From positions 186,001 through 250,000 of the forward strand of contig NW_024055720.1 of the NCBI RefSeq assembly GCF_902713615.1: a DNA stretch of 64,000 nt, given 5' to 3'. Below the pieces are notes generated by a model that made no database searches, was not told where the DNA came from, and worked only from the letters and a program-made list of their open reading frames with translations. A program made the translations under genes and the position numbers. Numbering within the stretch: position 1 is the first letter of the stretch; each line of letters opens with the position of its first letter. The stretch comes from Scyliorhinus canicula (taxonomy: Eukaryota). Shown here piece by piece: positions 57,314-64,000 of this stretch.

Positions 57314-60300
57314 TCCACGTCCCGCCTTCCACACCCCCAACAGAATGGACACAGAGATTTACTATAGAATATTATTAAAAGTGGATATTTATGTGTATCT
57401 GGATAGTGGTTTGTCTGACTAGATTCTTAGTGATGTCCTAATTGGTTCGATTGGCGAAATTACATTTGCGCATCTGTTAATAAAAAACGATTCCATTGTA
57501 AATCCAGTCCCTTTATTTCGACAGACAGCAGAAGGGAATAAGCATAAACAGATTGAATTCTATTGTCAGGGAATAAGTCGTCTATCAGTCTGATTTGCAA
57601 CACTCCAAGTCGCTATCCGATTTGCAAAAAAATATAATTTATCTGGGGAATTGTCAGCGATTAATTTAACTAAATGCGGGAATGATGATCACGATTCCAT
57701 TCCCAGTGTGGAACAATGTGGGTTTGGAGACAAGAAGAAACTCTCACATTACACAATGTCTCTCTTCACATTTCTGGAACTGTCCCTGAGCCTCAGACAG
57801 CCCTGTGAACATTAGCGGTAAAAGAAGCCGCTTGCCTGATAATTCAGCAGTCAGTTGACAGAGAAACATAAAATTCAGACCAGCTTTTGACGGAGAAGTT
57901 AATGAATCAGAACGGACGCGGCGATCAGCAAAGTTATCCTTCAGCATCCAAATCATTGCCGCTAATTTTATTGGTCACCGGTAGTCTCACATTCACTGGT
58001 ATTGGGAACACAGGATATCAGGACTTTGCTGCATATTACACAATATCACAAGAATAAATGTTTTATCTTCCACGGAAGCAGGTTATGAACTGGTAATTTC
58101 TCCACTCATTGGCAGCAATGAGGGAGATTGTTAAATAATAGAAATCAGCACAACTTAAACTGTACAGAACACGGTGTTAATCGGGTATAAGAGACGCCTC
58201 CGTTTGAATGAAATTAACAACTCGGAGAATAATCCAGGAATTCCGGCGGGTTGAAGGCAGTTTTAAGACTTTCTTTTAATTTAACTTATTTTTTTTTGCA
58301 ATTCTACTGATTTTATTGGGCTTGGGGATTGGATCCATCAACACCACTCACTCTCTCTTGATTAGGTTAAAAAAAACGGACTTTAACAACTAGTGACCTT
58401 TACTCGGAACGAAGATAAATTAAATAACCTCAGAGTGAACAGAGAATTCAGTGAATATATTTATTTAGATGAAATACCATCTAAAACTTTTACTTCATGT
58501 GCGACTGAAATATTTACTGTTTGAATGGATACATCCCATTTAATCCATTCATATTCAGGCTAATCTGCCCCACACAGTATTTGGCAGCAATCCAGCCGCC
58601 TGCAGTCAGGGAGGCTCGAATGTTCAATGTTGTTTACAGGAAGCATCTGGATTTTATTTTCAAAGATCTGTTTGCTCAGTACTGACCGCTTGGCTGCAAG
58701 CCAACTTCAAACTCGTAACATTGTCAATGAGGACTATTTATAAACAAATCTACCCAGCAACAGTACTGGAGATCATTTTACGTTTTAAATTGTGAACCTA
58801 TTTGAATTGTTCCCATGTCTAAGGAGAGTTATCCAGCTTCTCTTGCCACTCTTAGCAACATAGCCGGCTGAAGGATCTCTCCCACATCACATAACATTGT
58901 GATGATGGATAGAAATACAATTGGACTATCAGACAGGGGCCCATTTGTAACAAATCAACATGTATATTCTTGTCTTTTTTCCTATATGTTTCCATGGAAC
59001 GCGGGACTCACTGGCAAGATCGCCACGTGTTCCCTGTCCCTAATTGCTGTTGAACTGAGTGGTTTGCTGGGCCAGCTCAGAAGGAACTGAAGAGTCAGAC
59101 ATGTTGCTGTACGACTGAAGTCACATGTATGTGAGACCAGGGAAGGTTGTCAGATTTCCTTCATTGGTGAAGCAGAGAGGATTTCATGGTCACAGTTAGT
59201 CTGTATTCCAGATTTATTAATTTAACTCAAATTCCCCCACCGGCCATGGTGGGATTTGTTCCCGAGTTCCCACAGAATTAGCCCGGGCCTTTGGATTATT
59301 GGTTCAATGGCATTAATACTCCCCCGCCCGCCCACCCAAAAGATAAAGGGATTCCTGCTTTGATATCGGGATGGATGTTGGTTGGATGCCTGAATATTTT
59401 GATTGAGGAATCAGTGAATGGTGTTGATGGATGGATAGATGGTCTGAAAGATGTTGTTCTACATTCTCAGTATTGCGCTTGATAACTTCACAAATTAAAG
59501 CAGGTCCTCTATAGTTTGCGTCAGAATGGCACAATCGGTGGCTGAAGATTTTCTGGGTGAATTCCATCCCCAGACGATCGGGAACTGACGAGCTGGACGT
59601 CACTAAGAGGAAACTGGAGATATTCCTGCGGTTCTGGCGATTCTTCTCTGCTGATCGTGAATCTTTATCTCAAAGACAGAAAGCGGGAACATGATTACGT
59701 TGAGGAGGGACAGTTGTAATATTTGGAGCATGAGGTCATTGCATGTACAATACGTCAATCCAGATGTCCTCACCCAAATTAATGAAGACACCAGACTAAA
59801 AACATATTAAAGTGAAAATAGAAATACGGTGAAACTCAGTGGACAGCTGCAGACATTGAATTACTTTACAAAACAGTGTAATAATAAATCGGGATTTAAA
59901 GGTGCATTAACGTCATTAATACAGACATTAGATACAGACATTTTCATTTCCACCATCACTTTAAAAATCATCTCACTCTCCAGTCTGGAGATTCTGAGGT
60001 GATTACTGACCACTGCAGCGCAGAGGCTGCTGGGTAGCTGCACATAATCCTTGGTCTGGTTTTATTCCATTTCACTTTGAATTCTTTTCTTTTATAAATT
60101 TAGATTACCCAATTATTTTTTCCAATTAAGGGGCAATTTAGCATGGCCAATCCACCTACTCTGCACATTTTTGGGTTGTGGGGGCGAAATCCACGCAGAC
60201 ACGGTGAGAATGTGAAAACTACACACGGACAGTGACCCAGAGCCGGGATCGAACCTGAGACCTCAGCGCCGTGAGGCGGTTGTGCTAACCACTAGGCCAC

Positions 60301-60619
60301 CGTGCTGGCCTTTCACATTGAATTCTGATGCATATGTGACTTCTTGGTGACAGAATGGTCAATGCTATCTCAATTAAGTTTACTCTGAATAAATTATGTT
60401 AAACATACGAATATAGGAAAGAGGAGCGGAAGAAGGCAATTCAGATCTTCGAGCCTGCTCCGTCATTCGATCATCATGGCTGATCTCTTCCTGGTCTCAA
60501 ATCCACCTCTCTTAAATGAATTGCATTTACATTTTGTAAAAGAAAATGCGGATCATAATTGGTGAATATAACTTTTTATGTAGTGAGTTGATGATAATTG
60601 ATTAATATCATTATTTAAC

Positions 60620-61400
60620 TTTGTGAATTGTGACAATTGGTAATATTCGCCACGGAATTGCTGAACAATGACCATCTCCAGGAAAGTAGAATCTAACCAT
60701 CGCTCCTTGACATTCAGTGATATTGCCATCGCTGAATCCCCCACGATCAATACACTGGGGTTACCACTGACCAGAAACTGTACTAGACTAACCATATAAA
60801 TGCTGAGGCTTCAAGATACGGTCAGCGTCTAGGAAGCCTGCGGCGAGCAACTCACCTCCTGACTCCCAAAGCCTGTTCACCATCTGCAAGGCACAAGTCA
60901 GGACTGTAATTGAATACTCTCCAGTGGCCTGGCTGGGTGCAGCTCCAACAAAATTCAAAAAGCTCGACACCATCCAGGCCAAAGCAGCCCCGCTTGACTG
61001 CCACCCTCTTGCCACTCATTCCATCCACCACCGACGAACAATGACAATAATGTACCACCCACAAGATGCACTGCAGGAACGCAGCAAATCTTCTTTGGAA
61101 CACGTTCTAAACCCAGGACCATTACCTCCCAGAAGGAAAATATAGCTGACAAATGGGAAGATCACCACTTGGAAATTCCCCTCCAAATCTTCTAGTCCCT
61201 TCCCTGCTGACGATGTCGAATGTTTATTGAGATTGATGAAAGTATGGTGAAGAGGTCTACCTCCAAATCACTCACTATCCTGACTTGGAAATATATCACC
61301 GAATCTTCGCTGTCGCTGGTTCAAAAACCTACAGCTGCCTTCCTAACAGCATCATCGGTGTACCTACACCAGAGTGACTGTAGAGACTCAAACAGGCAGC
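60620..61400 (+). mobile_element. CR1/L2-superfamily LINE 3' relic
   Basis: TICKAQVRTVIEYSPVAWLGAAPTKFKKLDTIQAKAA is a post-RT ORF2 motif. Same family as the relic around the LTR element. Confidence 0.7.
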
Positions 61401-63379
61401 TCACCTCCTCTTTGTGAAAGGCAATTAGCGATGGACAATAAGTCATTGCTTAGCCTTCGACGGCCCCACCGTATAACTTAATTTAAAACTGTACTTTGTG
61501 GAACGATGGCAATTTGTGAATCTAACTACTTATATTCATAACTAAATGAAAATTGGTGAACATAATTGCTATGCTTCTGAACATTTATGACCTTCGCCTT
61601 CTCTGCTGGAAGATATAAGACATCCCAGAGGAGATTCATGATGCAAAATCATAACCAATACCGGAAAACAAAGTGGACAGAGGAGACTGCAGCAACTATC
61701 GACATATATCATTCACAGCAGCACTGGGAAGGCTTCTCCACTGGTCACACTTTAAACACTTCATTTGCTTGCAGGCTGAATGTTGCTGAGAGCAATGTGT
61801 TTGCGTCGCTAGATTTACTCTGGACATGATCTGCTCCCTCTGCCACATGTCTACCTCTTCACCTTACTTTCGTCAATCTCAATAAACATTAGACACTGTC
61901 AGCGGAGTAGGGAATATAAGATTTGGGAAAGTTGGCTGTGTCCTAAAGCTCCCCTGTCTCAATCACTTCTTCCATGGCAAAATGCACTGCATTGTACAGT
62001 TTGATGATTCCACTTAATCCAGATTCTAAGTGAATACTTGAGTGAAAGAGGACCATGTCCCACACCCAATTCTATTCTGCAGCTTCCTCTCCAAGCTGCT
62101 GATCTTCGCTTTCCCTGAATATATGGATGATTCCCCTTGCACACCAGGCCAGGCTGCAACCTCTACAACCTTTCAGTCATGAAAACGGAGATATAATCAC
62201 AATATATCCTTATCAAATAATTTCTCTACGCTGAAAATTCGGTCATCCAAAAAAAACATCATCTACAGAGACTCATGGACTCTCTCCCCAGTGCCTGTAA
62301 CTTGCTTCCTTCCTATTTACTGGCCGGACAAAATCAGTTCTCTCAAAGACAGAGCATTCAAGTCTCTCCAAGATAATTAAAAAGAGGAGGCTTGCACATT
62401 TCCAGTGTGGTCCCTAAATCGGCCATGGTCACACGACCAAGGAATTTCCACTTTGCGAAGTAGCCGGAGCCACGCACCCAGTGGGAAGGCCGATATTCCG
62501 CTTCAAGGATTCTTCCAAGTGTGACATAATGTCCTTAAACCTAAACATTGAACATCGCAACTGGGTGTCACCAGCTGCAAACTGAAAAACCAACTTAAGC
62601 TTAAGGTGGGCTGGAGTGAACCACCAGGACCAGCGGATTTAGCAAGTTTGAAATAGACACAAACCAAGAAAATGACAACCCAGAACGACAATTGGGAGCT
62701 TCATGTTCTACATTTGTGGAAATATTTGCGGTGTATCTATTGGAAATAGAAGGATGTCGTGGCCTTTGTGAAATTTAGTTGTACGCAACATATGGTTCAC
62801 ACAAACACAGACACACACACACACACAGTCTCTCACACACGCATTCTCTCTGACTTCCACGCACACCCACATTTCCCCATTAAAATTAAAATCCCATATT
62901 AACTTCCTGGGAAGCTTCGGAGACATTGATCCCAACCATTTTCCAGGTGGTATAATGAATCAATAACCTCTCCCCAACACTATGTTTGTTAGATGAATGT
63001 TACATTTCCCATGGACTCCATACAGCGCCCAGGTAAACATTCCTCTATTTAACAAAGATGAACAAAAATGCATGACCAGGAATTGAGCCGCTTTGCTCTG
63101 TTTCTGATCTCAATGTGGGAGAATCAGCCAGCGCCACCTACAATTAGTTACACCTTATATTTGGCATCTCCCGCAGAAGGCGATGTGGTATTACGTTTGT
63201 GGAAAAAGGATTAGTGATACATCATCATCATGGATCATACCTGACAATGACATTACACAGTAACTGCAATTGCACAGCTTGGCCAGCAGATGGTATTTAC
63301 ATCGAGATGCCTGACGATACATGAAGCGGACATTAACTCAATAATTAATGCAGTGATCCCCGTCTCTGTTAATTTTAAA

Positions 63380-64000
63380 TTGGACTCCATCTGTATTTTT
63401 GTTAGACTAGACTCTGTCTTTGTTTATAATACACGACACTCTGTGTCAATTAATACTGCACCAGTACACCTCAACGTGTATGCCACAAAATTGCTGTGAT
63501 CCCATTTTCAATGTTTCGGATCTGCCTTTGCAGTTTTGCCACATCCAGTCCTGAATAGTAATAAACAAATAAACAAAATGCTGGAATAGGAGCCTCAATA
63601 AAATTCCCCTCTTCAGTTATGGGGGAGCCCAGCACATCAGTGCAAAAGTTTCTGTCAGCCTTGCCGAGGATGATCCATCTCGGCCTCCTCCGGTGGTCTG
63701 CATCATCATGGATGTCAGTCTTCAGCAAATTTGATTCACTCCACACGGTATCAAGAAACGGCTGACGGTGATGCAAATGTTATTATTCCTGGCAGCATTC
63801 CAGCAACAAGGCTGAAGATTTGAGGTGCAGAACTGGCTGCGCCCCAGACAAGTTGCTCCCGTGCAGATACAGCACTGCCATGTACCCAACAATGTGTAAC
63901 ATTGCCAAACATGACCCGTCCACATAAGGCAGGAAAAATCCAACCCGGCCAATTATTTCCCTATCAGTCCGCACTCGGTCATCAGCAACTTCATGAAAAG
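63380..64000 (+). mobile_element. Degenerate LINE ORF2 relic (endonuclease-RT linker)
   Basis: gggggagcccagcacatcagtgcaaaag (GAQHISAK) and gatgatccatctcggcctcctcc (DDPSRPPP). Many stops. Confidence 0.5.

Noticed and set aside
59480-59800. Coding-looking patch upstream of VH
   Set aside because: All frames are interrupted, with no recognisable domain or splice structure.
63771-63778. Perfect octamer upstream of VH (another at 13791 inside the L1)
   Set aside because: It is 6.6 kb from the promoter, inside a LINE relic, and the count is at chance level.

Overview
This is vertebrate genomic DNA, almost certainly from a shark, judging by its IgM sequence, SINE families and CR1 LINEs. The window holds one apparently intact cluster-type IgM heavy-chain locus on the minus strand: leader, VH, D1, a pre-joined D2-J segment, a 21.9-kb J-C intron, CH1, CH2, CH3, CH4 with secretory tail, TM1 and TM2 (57150 to 26244). 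The J sits directly behind a 12-bp-spacer RSS and has no RSS of its own, so the locus looks partly rearranged (V-D1-DJ) yet still able to recombine. The J-C intron carries a very young, intact 9.8-kb retrovirus-like LTR element, antisense to IgM. It has 949-bp LTRs, a 4-bp target-site duplication, gag and pol separated by one in-frame UGA-CGG stop followed by a stem-loop, a retrovirus-type RT, two RNase H domains, no env, and a small transmembrane ORF at the env position. The same intron has an AGCT-dense 29-bp tandem array about 500 bp upstream of CH1 and strand-skewed G-rich minisatellites. Left of the Ig locus are two 9-finger C2H2 zinc-finger ORFs, a decayed full-length L1-clade LINE, and many CR1 fragments and SINEs. 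All coordinates were read by eye, and repeat boundaries are approximate.
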